From a virus (lineage: Duplodnaviria; Caudoviricetes): a stretch of 24,994 nucleotides of DNA. Both the position numbers and the translations under genes were made by a program. The notes beneath the pieces were generated by a model. It was not told the origin of the DNA, ran no database searches, and worked only from the letters and a program-made list of their open reading frames with translations. Shown one piece after another: positions 17,245 to 24,994 of the stretch. The stretch covers positions 1-24,994 of the IMG/VR virus record IMGVR_UViG_3300021373_000801. One strand, written 5' to 3'. Position 1 is the stretch's first letter; every line of letters begins with the position of its first letter.

Positions 17245-17398
17245 TCTTTTTTTTCTTATGCGTTTCGTATATTTTTTGCAGAGTATATACTATTGAAGCC
17301 ATAAGCAGTATGATTTTTAGACTGTTCTCTATTGCAGTAAAACTTATGCCTAAACTTATGGCATTAAAAAAAGCTATTCTTAAATCTTGTACACTCAT
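17228..17398 (-). CDS. Small membrane protein, putative holin/antiholin, 56 aa
   Basis: Read manually: MSVQDLRIAFFNAISLGISF...IILLMASIVYTL...HKKKK. Hydrophobic with a basic tail, directly before the endolysin. Confidence 0.65.
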   Translation of the reverse strand: MSVQDLRIAFFNAISLGISFTAIENSLKIILLMASIVYTLQKIYETHKKKKNDKEL

Positions 17399-17727
17399 TA
17401 CATTTTATTTTCTAAATAGTCAACACCATAAAAATTATGTAGTGGCTCACCGCTTGGTGTTACTGCATAGCTTTTCCAACCGTATGGGTGTTCTTCTATA
17501 CCGTTCCAAACTACATCTATTAAATAGTTATCGCTGAGTACAGTTTCTTTAATTACATTCCCCTCTGCATCAGTTTCACCCTCTTCTATTACTTCGTGTC
17601 CTAATCTTACTACTGCGTGGCTATGCGTTGGATATTCGTTACCATTTTCATCAGTATCTACTCCTAAACCTTTTATTTTAGTTTCAGCTTGTTCCTCGCT
17701 ATCAAATATATATTTGCCTACTTTCAT
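17398..17727 (-). CDS. Hypothetical protein associated with the fibre gene
   Basis: 109 aa with IDVVW...HPYGW...HNFYG; coupled to the fibre gene. Confidence 0.6.
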   Translation of the reverse strand: MKVGKYIFDSEEQAETKIKGLGVDTDENGNEYPTHSHAVVRLGHEVIEEGETDAEGNVIKETVLSDNYLIDVVWNGIEEHPYGWKSYAVTPSGEPLHNFYGVDYLENKM

Positions 17728-18875
17728 AATGTTGTTAGTTCTATTGCTTCTGCTTCTGTTAATACTCTGTCATAAACTCTTAAATCTTTTATTTTGGCTT
17801 GTAGATTAAAAGCACCACTTGAAATTCCTGCAATTGTACTCCTAACTTCTGTTAATGTATCTTCTGCAAAAATATTTACACTTGTATCTGTTGAAATTAA
17901 ACTGCCATTAATATATAATTTAGCTTCATTGTATTTATATGTAACCGCTATTTTATTAAAGTTTGTAACATCATAAAAAGTAGTGAATAAAAGTGCTTGT
18001 GTTACATTTGCAAGTTTTATTTCTGCTCTTATTTGATTATTTGTAGTATCATATTGTATTGTAACTCTATTTTGACCACTACTATCACTTAATTCAATCC
18101 CATTACTATTTGTTTGAGCATTTAAAAAAGAAGCCATTTGTACAAAAAATGTACCCTCTAAAGAATTAAACAAATTTGCATTACCTCCACCACTTATAAA
18201 ATCTTTTAATCTTGTTACTGTACTTGCTTCTGTTTTTATATAGCTTGTAGGATAGCTTCCTAGTTCAAGCATAGCACCCCAAATCGCAACATCTCCATTA
18301 GTGTTACCAAAAAAAACTTGACCATTAGAAGGGTTTGTTGTTAGTGTTACTCTTTGCCAATCACTATTAGGCGTTATGCTTTGACTAAACACTTGTCCGT
18401 TTGAACCATTACGGATATAAATAGTAAAGTTTGTACTACCTAAACTTTTAACATAAATACTTAATGTAGAATTTCCGCTTATAACAACGTTACGCCTTAA
18501 TACTGTTCCGCTTACGCTTGTTCCTGTCGCACCGCTTAATGTATCAGCGGTTAATGTTCCGTTAGGTGCTAAATTTGTATTGCTTGAAACGGTACACCCA
18601 CCTTGTTTGCTCCAATAAGAATTATCAAATTGCTCACTTCTTTGAAGTATATTTGAGCGTTGTGGCTCTAAAAGTAAACTTGGACAGTTGCTATTTAACC
18701 AATCTAAACGAGGTACATCATTTGCAACCTCTTCAATTAGTCCATCTTTGCGTACTCTTGTACCCTCGCTTGCTCTATCAAAGTCAAAATCTCCTGTAGC
18801 ATCATTCGGCAAAATAGAATATACTTTACCGCTTTTATATCCGCTTGGTATCAGTGCTAATTTAGGTTTACTCAT
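17724..18875 (-). CDS. Fibre/spike protein with carbohydrate-binding and LamG-like domains
   Basis: FDRAS..TRV..DGLIE...PRLD...LLLEPQRSN N-terminus; PTSYI.T; KLYINGSL...IKDLRVYDRVLT LamG-like C-terminus. Confidence 0.75.
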   Translation of the reverse strand: MSKPKLALIPSGYKSGKVYSILPNDATGDFDFDRASEGTRVRKDGLIEEVANDVPRLDWLNSNCPSLLLEPQRSNILQRSEQFDNSYWSKQGGCTVSSNTNLAPNGTLTADTLSGATGTSVSGTVLRRNVVISGNSTLSIYVKSLGSTNFTIYIRNGSNGQVFSQSITPNSDWQRVTLTTNPSNGQVFFGNTNGDVAIWGAMLELGSYPTSYIKTEASTVTRLKDFISGGGNANLFNSLEGTFFVQMASFLNAQTNSNGIELSDSSGQNRVTIQYDTTNNQIRAEIKLANVTQALLFTTFYDVTNFNKIAVTYKYNEAKLYINGSLISTDTSVNIFAEDTLTEVRSTIAGISSGAFNLQAKIKDLRVYDRVLTEAEAIELTTL

Positions 18876-19339
18876 TATCTCTCTGTTAATATTGTTGTAC
18901 TATTCATATACCTCCATATTCCGTTAGCATACCATCTCAAAGTAATTTTATCATCTGCATTAATAGGTGCAGTAGTTCCAAAATCAAAATTTAGCACCAT
19001 TCCTTGACTTGCAAAATAGCTAAGTGTTTTAGAAGTAACTAAAGTATTTAAACCTTTATAGATATATACAGTTGCACTACTTCCTGTAGGTGTACCATAA
19101 GAGCTATATTTATTTGCAGTCATAGTAACGCTTGAAACATAGCAGTCAAAAGGAACAGGGATAGTGCCATAAGCATAAGGGAATGCAGTAGTCATACCTG
19201 TATCATAAAGCGTAAAAGTTGAAGTACTACTATGATAGTGCCTCCAATTTAAAGCTAACTTATCCTTATGAACAGGGTTTGCTTCTTTAAGCCTGTTTAT
19301 CTTGTTAGTATGTTTAGCACTTACTATTTTACTTATCAT
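18875..19339 (-). CDS. Hypothetical beta-rich virion protein
   Basis: 154 aa, rich in Thr/Ser/Tyr; coupled to the fibre gene. Confidence 0.55.
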   Translation of the reverse strand: MISKIVSAKHTNKINRLKEANPVHKDKLALNWRHYHSSTSTFTLYDTGMTTAFPYAYGTIPVPFDCYVSSVTMTANKYSSYGTPTGSSATVYIYKGLNTLVTSKTLSYFASQGMVLNFDFGTTAPINADDKITLRWYANGIWRYMNSTTILTER

Positions 19340-19463
19340 CTCTGTATGCTTTGTAGCAGATTGCTATTGCTTGATCTTTTTTATACTCTTTGCTTATTTG
19401 AGCAACGCACCTCATCATGAAATCGCTCTGCTTCTCGTTTGCTTTTGGTTTCGGTATAGGCAT
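19329..19463 (-). CDS. Small phage protein, 44 aa
   Basis: Read manually: MPIPKPKANEKQSDFMMRC...DQAIAICY, a pattern I recognise from phage head-associated proteins. Confidence 0.65.
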   Translation of the reverse strand: MPIPKPKANEKQSDFMMRCVAQISKEYKKDQAIAICYKAYRDDK

Positions 19464-19514
19464 TGATATACTTTTTTAACCTTATTATATTTTTATCCTT
19501 TACTTTATACTTCA

Positions 19515-20015
19515 TCAAAGCACCCATCCATTAAACGTTGTGTCAGTATCTGGAGAAATATCTTCATTTGTGTTGCTTCTATACTCTGGGAACTTTGATT
19601 CATTGAAACATAAATAGTCCACCATTCTTGTTGAGTAATAGTTAGCGTATTCTCTTGCTTTTGATACTAAGTAATCAACTTCGTTTTTTTCTACGTTCTG
19701 TGCAGTTTCGCTTGAATGCTTAAACACCCCTCCGTTTTTTATTTGATAAGCAGCAAAAGGAATGTATGTCATTTGAGCAAACCAAATCAATGTCGGTTGC
19801 ACATAATTATTTACAAGATCAAGGTAATCTCCAGACAAAGTATCTGCAATGATGTCAGCACTTATCTTATTGTATAAATCAGTTCCAAGAAGATTTTGTA
19901 CCTCAACTTGCTGTGCTACTTTTATAAATTGTATGAACTTGTCCGTGTCAGTATTTCCATCAATGATGGAGTTCTTAACAAGATCTGTTCTGCTTATGAA
20001 TAGTGCTGTTGCCAT
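19515..20015 (-). CDS. Head-tail adaptor/connector
   Basis: AQQVEVQNLLGTDLY...YLCFNESKFPEY; directly after the portal. Confidence 0.65.
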   Translation of the reverse strand: MATALFISRTDLVKNSIIDGNTDTDKFIQFIKVAQQVEVQNLLGTDLYNKISADIIADTLSGDYLDLVNNYVQPTLIWFAQMTYIPFAAYQIKNGGVFKHSSETAQNVEKNEVDYLVSKAREYANYYSTRMVDYLCFNESKFPEYRSNTNEDISPDTDTTFNGWVL

Positions 20016-21835
20016 TAGTTTTTAAATTTCATTTTATTCCAATACTCTGCTGTATATCCTTTATACTTCATATCCTTTGGTGCAACTGGAACTTTCTGTG
20101 CGTTTGCTTCTGGTTTAAAACCTCTCTTTCTGGCTTCTGTCGTGCTTATTGCATCTCCGAGTCCTTTAGCACCCTCTTTTCTAACGTAAGTCTTTCTAAA
20201 CCATTTGTGATTACATCTTGCACCGCCTTTATAAAGCCAAATAGAATAAGTATCACTTCCACCTTTTCCAAATCCTTTATTTACAACTTTTTTCTCCATT
20301 GCAACAATGTCCTCTTTTCTGTAAACTTTCTTAGCACTTACCATTTTTGAGCAGAATTGTCTTGAAGTTGATTTTGTTGTTGCTGGTGCATACATATATC
20401 TTACAAGAAACTCATTTCCCTCTTCTCTTGATTGCTTACTTGTTCCATCTTGATCACTCTTTTGATATGGCTTTGCACTTCCAGTGCTTACAAACTCCCA
20501 AATCTTAGAAAGCAAACTCTTTTCCTCTGGCTTGTTTAAATCAGTTATAACTTCATCAAGCTCCTCTTCATGCTCATAACTTACCTCTCGCTCATCAATA
20601 ACATCAAAGTCCTTTAAAAGCTCCTCTTCATCTTCTCCGAGCTCAATCAAAGCATCTGCAATATCACTACCCATTTCATCTGGAAGCTCTTTGCTTAATT
20701 TAACTCCAGTTTCCTCTTCTCTTGTTTCCTTATCAACTACGTTCTCCAAATCAGTAAACTCAAGTGGCTGTAGCGTTTTAAAGTACAATTTAAGAGCTAT
20801 ATTGTTGTAAGCTAATATCATGTCAAACGCATCAATCAAAAGTGTCTGAAATGGTCTAATAACAGTGTTATCCATTAATGTGCTGGCAGTCTTAAGTTCT
20901 TCTGCATTGTTTCCAAGTCCAGAGCTGTCTTTAATTCCCAAAAGCATTGGAGAAACTACTCTGTGTGCTACCATTATTTTCTTACCGCTCTCGTCTGATA
21001 AAAATTGATACTGATTGTGAGCATCACTTAACTGGATTGGCTCAATAGTTGCTGCACTCTCTGGATTGTCGTTAAACGCAAGAATGAATTTACCCGCGTT
21101 AGAACTACCCGAAAATTTAGAATAAATACGGTTTTCTAACATTTGTCGCTCTTCGGCGTTAGGTGTACCATTGTTAAAATTAATTAACATACTCGGTGCA
21201 AGTCCGTTAAGTATGTTATTGAGATGATAGTTGCTAATCTCCTCCTCAAGCTCTGCATATTGAAGTCCACCTTGATAATCTGGAGAGGAATAGTATTTAT
21301 ATCCAGCTCGATACGGTTTTACATATACAATCTCAATTGATTCATTTGAATAACCAAAAGCTGGTATTCTTGTGCAATCATCTGCTCTCTTTACTTTACT
21401 CCAGTTATCTGAATAGTAATACGCTTCAATCTCTCCTTTCTCATTGCACTTTTCTGCTCTTAAGTTCTCCACTGGGATATGCTCTACTCTTGCAACAGTC
21501 TTTCTGTCCTTTGAGTATATCACTTGCATGGAGCACTGACCCATAAGCTTTAAATCATAACAGAGCTTTCTTACACAATCCTTGTGAAATAAAGAAATCA
21601 TCTTTGCGTATTGCTCTGGCTTTTTATTTGAGTCTAAAGCATCCAATCCCTTTCCGTATATCATCTCCGATACTCCGTTGATAATAGCATTGTTTGTTGG
21701 ACTTCCATTGTATCTGTCAATAAGATACTGGAAATAATTATTGTCGTTTCCATACGCAACCCACTCTTTATTGGATTTCTCCACAATCTCTGGACTGGTA
21801 TATGTGCTTAGATTTACTACTCTTAAATCATTCAT
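20015..21835 (-). CDS. Portal protein with C-terminal extension
   Basis: YG.DN.Y...SPTNNAII...YYSSPDY...GSSNAGK...IMVAHRV.SPML.G portal core plus about 220 extra residues. Confidence 0.85.
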   Translation of the reverse strand: MNDLRVVNLSTYTSPEIVEKSNKEWVAYGNDNNYFQYLIDRYNGSPTNNAIINGVSEMIYGKGLDALDSNKKPEQYAKMISLFHKDCVRKLCYDLKLMGQCSMQVIYSKDRKTVARVEHIPVENLRAEKCNEKGEIEAYYYSDNWSKVKRADDCTRIPAFGYSNESIEIVYVKPYRAGYKYYSSPDYQGGLQYAELEEEISNYHLNNILNGLAPSMLINFNNGTPNAEERQMLENRIYSKFSGSSNAGKFILAFNDNPESAATIEPIQLSDAHNQYQFLSDESGKKIMVAHRVVSPMLLGIKDSSGLGNNAEELKTASTLMDNTVIRPFQTLLIDAFDMILAYNNIALKLYFKTLQPLEFTDLENVVDKETREEETGVKLSKELPDEMGSDIADALIELGEDEEELLKDFDVIDEREVSYEHEEELDEVITDLNKPEEKSLLSKIWEFVSTGSAKPYQKSDQDGTSKQSREEGNEFLVRYMYAPATTKSTSRQFCSKMVSAKKVYRKEDIVAMEKKVVNKGFGKGGSDTYSIWLYKGGARCNHKWFRKTYVRKEGAKGLGDAISTTEARKRGFKPEANAQKVPVAPKDMKYKGYTAEYWNKMKFKN

Positions 21836-22182
21836 AATATTATGTAATCGTTGTCATAACTATCCTCCTGGACATACTCTCCACTATTTACAGAGTAATA
21901 ATCGTTGTTGGATTGATTAATTGTTTGGTCTGTGCAAAATACTCTGTCTTTATAAATTACAGAGCTTCCATTTTTTACTTCCAACGTATAGAAATCTCCC
22001 TCCGTTAGCGTTCCAAAGTCTGCTGTAAAAGTTGAGTAATTTCTGTCTGTTGAAGCTGTTGGAGTTATGCTTATATTTGATCCAGTGCTCTCACTTCTTA
22101 AATTTACAGTGATGCTACCAGTAATGTATTCTCTTGGAATTATCTTAAAAGATTTACTTCCACTTGTTCCAATTAACTTCAT
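21832..22182 (-). CDS. Hypothetical virion protein (possible head closure)
   Basis: 116 aa, beta-rich, coupled to the portal and preceded by the late promoter motif. Confidence 0.6.
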   Translation of the reverse strand: MKLIGTSGSKSFKIIPREYITGSITVNLRSESTGSNISITPTASTDRNYSTFTADFGTLTEGDFYTLEVKNGSSVIYKDRVFCTDQTINQSNNDYYSVNSGEYVQEDSYDNDYIIL

Positions 22183-22216
22183 ATTAATATATAAACAAAA
22201 AAGAAATATTTTGCAT
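22183..22216 (-). promoter_or_regulatory. Putative phage late promoter
   Basis: ATGCAAA-N15-TTATATATTAAT-ATG, identical in both boxes to the site at 24634-24667. Confidence 0.65.
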
Positions 22217-22395
22217 GAAAATTACTAAAACACTGATATTTGTGGAATTTATGTAATAAGTATTTTACATAATTTTGTAAGAAGGGTTTTTTGTCAGTTG
22301 AAAGAACTCGGTTTTTTAATAGACCTATATTACAGAGAGCATAACAACTCGTAAAACGCTTAAAATTGACCTTAAAACAAATTAATAAAAAGCAT

Positions 22396-22426
22396 AAAAA
22401 AAGGGTTACCAATAAAGATAACCCCT
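22396..22426 (-). terminator. Intrinsic terminator
   Basis: GGGTTATC-TTTATT-GGTAACCC followed by a T-run. Confidence 0.8.
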
Positions 22427-22453
22427 TAATTATACCAATTAATTTGCTCTAAA

Positions 22454-22969
22454 TTAAGCGTCTGGATCAATCTGTGTAGCATCCTCTTGCAAGTTGCTTA
22501 CAAAGTATGGTGGAGCTACTTCTTGAGCTGTTGCAACTAAAGTAAACCCAGAAAGGTCACCCATTGCTGCACCGCTTACGATTGTACCACCAGTAATTTC
22601 TGCACCGTTCTTATGTCCGATTAACAGTTGATTTCCATTGTAATCTTCTACTACGTAATGAGCTCTACCAGCATTCAAAAGTTTGATTTGCTCTTGCGTT
22701 GCTACATCAAGGAAAGTAAAAGTAATGTTTAAAGTTGTTTCATAAAAAGTCGTTCCATTCTCTCGTGAACTGTTTACTGCTGTTTCTAAAGAACTGTTAC
22801 CTTTGATATCGAACTTAAAGAAATCTCCTCCAGTTGTCAAATCAATTGTTCCAGATGTATCAGAAAGAGCAGCAATCGTTGGGTCAAAGTCAAGAATGTA
22901 AATTGTCTTAAGACCTCCAACGCTATTCTTACAAGGTAATGAGCGACCGCTTGTTACTGCACATGCCAT
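22454..22969 (-). CDS. Probable major tail (tube) protein
   Basis: MAC...GR..PCK.SVGG...SRENGTTFYE...G..NGAE..GGT...GAAMGDLSG; follows the capsid gene and is bounded by terminators. Confidence 0.6.
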   Translation of the reverse strand: MACAVTSGRSLPCKNSVGGLKTIYILDFDPTIAALSDTSGTIDLTTGGDFFKFDIKGNSSLETAVNSSRENGTTFYETTLNITFTFLDVATQEQIKLLNAGRAHYVVEDYNGNQLLIGHKNGAEITGGTIVSGAAMGDLSGFTLVATAQEVAPPYFVSNLQEDATQIDPDA

Positions 22970-22984
22970 ATTTTTAGTTTTTTA

Positions 22985-23016
22985 AAATAAAAAAGGGTAG
23001 GGATATTCCCCACCCC
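22985..23016 (-). terminator. Intrinsic terminator
   Basis: GGGTGGGGA-ATA-TCCCTACCC followed by TTTTTTATTTT after the capsid gene. Confidence 0.8.
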
Positions 23017-23041
23017 TCTTTTCTGTTAGTTATTAATTTTA

Positions 23042-23980
23042 TTAAGATGCAAGTGTATAAAGAGCGATGTCTCCACCGATACCATACTGAACACCAGCGG
23101 TTGCTCTCATTACTACTCTTACGTTTTGACTTCCATCAACGTCACTCATGTCAATAACCTTAACTTCTTGAGAATCTGACAACAAGCCAGTACCAAAGAA
23201 TAAGTTTGACTTCTGTGCAGCAACCATGTGGTCTGCTGGCATTCCAGGAGCTCTAAAGATTTTGATTCCATCAAAAAGCAAGTTGCTTAATGCTTGGTTG
23301 TTTCCTTTATTGTCATAACCATTAGCACCTACCCCACCAGATTGGAATCCTCCTAAAGCACGTAAGTAAAGTTGATAAACATTGTTAGGAACATAGATGT
23401 GTAAATCTTCTTGGTATAAAACGCTGTTTGGAATAGCATCTACCAATTTTCCGATTTCTGTTGTGATATTTGCTGCTGTAAAAGCAGTTTCAGAAGTTAC
23501 TGCATCATTAACATCTCCATCTGCTGCCATAAGAACAGTGAATCCATCAAACTCTCCAGCGTTAGCATTTACTCCACCCCAGATGTTTTGCTCTGTTTTT
23601 TGAGCTACTTTCTCTGCAACGTGAGAGATTAAGAAGTCAGAAAATGATGGAGGAAGTTGGTCGAATGTAGAATAACCCATCTCGATTGCTTCCCAGTCAG
23701 AACGGAAATCTTTCTTACACAATTGTAAGTTTACTTGAAACTCCTCTGGTTGTAAGATTCTTTCTGTTAATGTAATTGTAGAAGTAGGATCAAAATCACA
23801 AGTAGCATCTTTTAAGATTGCATCAGTTGAAACTTTTTTGATTACTTCTTTAAACTTAACGTTTGGTTTGATTTCTACTCCACCATTGCTAAGTGTTTCT
23901 CCGCTTAGTAAAGCTGCACTGATGTATTTACCAGCAAACTCACCAGCGTAAGTTGTTGTAATTGATGTTGTTGTTGCCAT
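23042..23980 (-). CDS. Major capsid protein
   Basis: 312 aa; YAGEFAGKYI, NLQLCK.DF, EQNIWGG...FDG, NLFFGTGLLSD; lies after the scaffold and before a terminator. Confidence 0.85.
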   Translation of the reverse strand: MATTTSITTTYAGEFAGKYISAALLSGETLSNGGVEIKPNVKFKEVIKKVSTDAILKDATCDFDPTSTITLTERILQPEEFQVNLQLCKKDFRSDWEAIEMGYSTFDQLPPSFSDFLISHVAEKVAQKTEQNIWGGVNANAGEFDGFTVLMAADGDVNDAVTSETAFTAANITTEIGKLVDAIPNSVLYQEDLHIYVPNNVYQLYLRALGGFQSGGVGANGYDNKGNNQALSNLLFDGIKIFRAPGMPADHMVAAQKSNLFFGTGLLSDSQEVKVIDMSDVDGSQNVRVVMRATAGVQYGIGGDIALYTLAS

Positions 23981-23985
23981 TTAAT

Positions 23986-24633
23986 TTATTGATTTATTTT
24001 GTTAATTACTCGGTCTAAAATTGTTGTTGGTCTTTTTGGAGCTAATCTGTTTAAATTCACAGAAGCTTTATTTTCTGGATTTGCTTTGATTGGCTCTGCT
24101 GCTGGCTCATTGAGTTCAGCTTGTACATCTTCTGGAACTTCGCTTAATTCAGTTCTTTCATGCTTTGCAAGTTCCTCTGTAATTAGATTCCCCAAATCTT
24201 CTGCACTCATTTCTTCCTTTGGCTCAAGCATTGCTTTGATTTCCTCAATCATTTCTTTTACCTCTGCAAGTTCCTCTTTAGTAGCGTATCCAAGCTCTTC
24301 TTCTTTTTCTTCAAGCTCTACTTCTTCCGAAGCTTCAACTTCTTCAACCTCTTCTTCTGTTGCTTCTGGAGTTTCCTCTTCTGCACCAGCTTCTTTGATT
24401 TCAGATATCAAACCCTCTTCTGCTACTACAAGCACTCTACCATCTTCAAGCTCATACTCTCCAATAGGTACAGCAACTTTCTCGTCTTCTGTAACAATAA
24501 AAACTTCGTTACCAGATTCAAACGCTTCTGCTTCTAAAACAGCACCGTTTTCTAACGTCTGTTGTTCTAACTTAACCTCTGTTGATAAGTTAAGAACGTC
24601 TTTGATTTTCTCGATCATATCGTTCGTGTTCAT
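23986..24633 (-). CDS. Putative capsid scaffolding protein
   Basis: Very Glu-rich, with VP.GEYELEDG; directly upstream of the capsid gene. Confidence 0.7.
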   Translation of the reverse strand: MNTNDMIEKIKDVLNLSTEVKLEQQTLENGAVLEAEAFESGNEVFIVTEDEKVAVPIGEYELEDGRVLVVAEEGLISEIKEAGAEEETPEATEEEVEEVEASEEVELEEKEEELGYATKEELAEVKEMIEEIKAMLEPKEEMSAEDLGNLITEELAKHERTELSEVPEDVQAELNEPAAEPIKANPENKASVNLNRLAPKRPTTILDRVINKINQ

Positions 24634-24667
24634 ATTAATATATAAGTGTTAAAAAATTAATTTGCAT
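24634..24667 (-). promoter_or_regulatory. Putative phage late promoter
   Basis: ATGCAAA-N15-TTATATATTAAT-ATG. Confidence 0.65.
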
Positions 24668-24669
24668 TT

Positions 24670-24994
24670 TTAAGCTTTTTTCTGGATAATAAACCACTCG
24701 CTTCCATCACTCCAAACATATATCCCCTCGTAAGATTTGTTTATTTCATAATAGTCAGTAGATCCATCTAAAGTGTCACTTCCACTCGGTGTTAGATAAA
24801 CTCTTGTATTGGTATTAAACCCTCCATTTGAAATGAATCGAATTGCTCTGTTTGTGCTACTTGATGCACTTGGAAGATTTAAAGTCATGTTTCCACTTGC
24901 ACCACTCCAAGTTAATTTTACAAGCTTTACATCTGCATACTGACTGTCTGATAAGTTTACAGTTTCTCCGCTTGATACAGTTATATGAGTTGAT
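24670..24994 (-). CDS. Virion/fibre-like protein, 5' end outside the window
   Basis: The frame is open to the window edge (STHITVSSGETVNL...MTLNLPSAS...DTLDG...SDGSEWFII). Confidence 0.6.
   Translation of the reverse strand, partial: STHITVSSGETVNLSDSQYADVKLVKLTWSGASGNMTLNLPSASSSTNRAIRFISNGGFNTNTRVYLTPSGSDTLDGSTDYYEINKSYEGIYVWSDGSEWFIIQKKA

Noticed and set aside
22179-22412. 77 aa minus-strand ORF
   Set aside because: It starts inside a terminator, spans a promoter motif and has atypical composition.
851-23603. All other + strand ORFs in the track
   Set aside because: They lie opposite well-supported minus-strand genes and show no recognisable motifs.
23999-24652. 217 aa Ser-rich + strand ORF
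   Set aside because: Antisense shadow of the Glu-rich scaffold gene (GAA/GAG codons read backwards give TTC/TCT).
1-24994. CRISPR array, DGR, intron/intein, stop-codon reassignment
   Set aside because: No repeat-spacer pattern, reverse transcriptase or TR/VR pair seen. TerL and capsid are uninterrupted, and TAA, TAG and TGA all act as stops at gene junctions.

Overview
About 25 kb of a tailed dsDNA phage (siphovirus-like), AT-rich, with every convincing CDS on the minus strand. TTTG/TAnnTTTG promoters and weak Shine-Dalgarno signals suggest a Bacteroidota (Flavobacteriia-like) host. Order of transcription, right to left: partial virion protein, scaffold, major capsid, probable tail tube, portal, head-tail adaptor, LamG/fibre module, lysis (holin, M15 endolysin, holin), NinG, replication/early genes (SSAP-like, SSB, AAA helicase, PAPS-reductase-like, ECF sigma factor, nucleases, acidic ArdA-like protein, RecE-like exonuclease), modification genes (ParB-like, C5 methyltransferase, ParB-N, Mom-like), terminase, frameshifting tail chaperone and tail genes. 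The main finding is a deviant tRNA-Gly(TCC)-like gene (5360-5432, + strand) abutting the 3' end of the Mom-family adenine-modification gene. It keeps all bacterial GlyRS identity elements but lacks several features needed for translation, suggesting a dedicated glycyl donor for DNA hypermodification. Protein calls come from motif recognition by eye; no database searches were run. Two apparent 1-nt deletions suggest consensus errors in the sequence.
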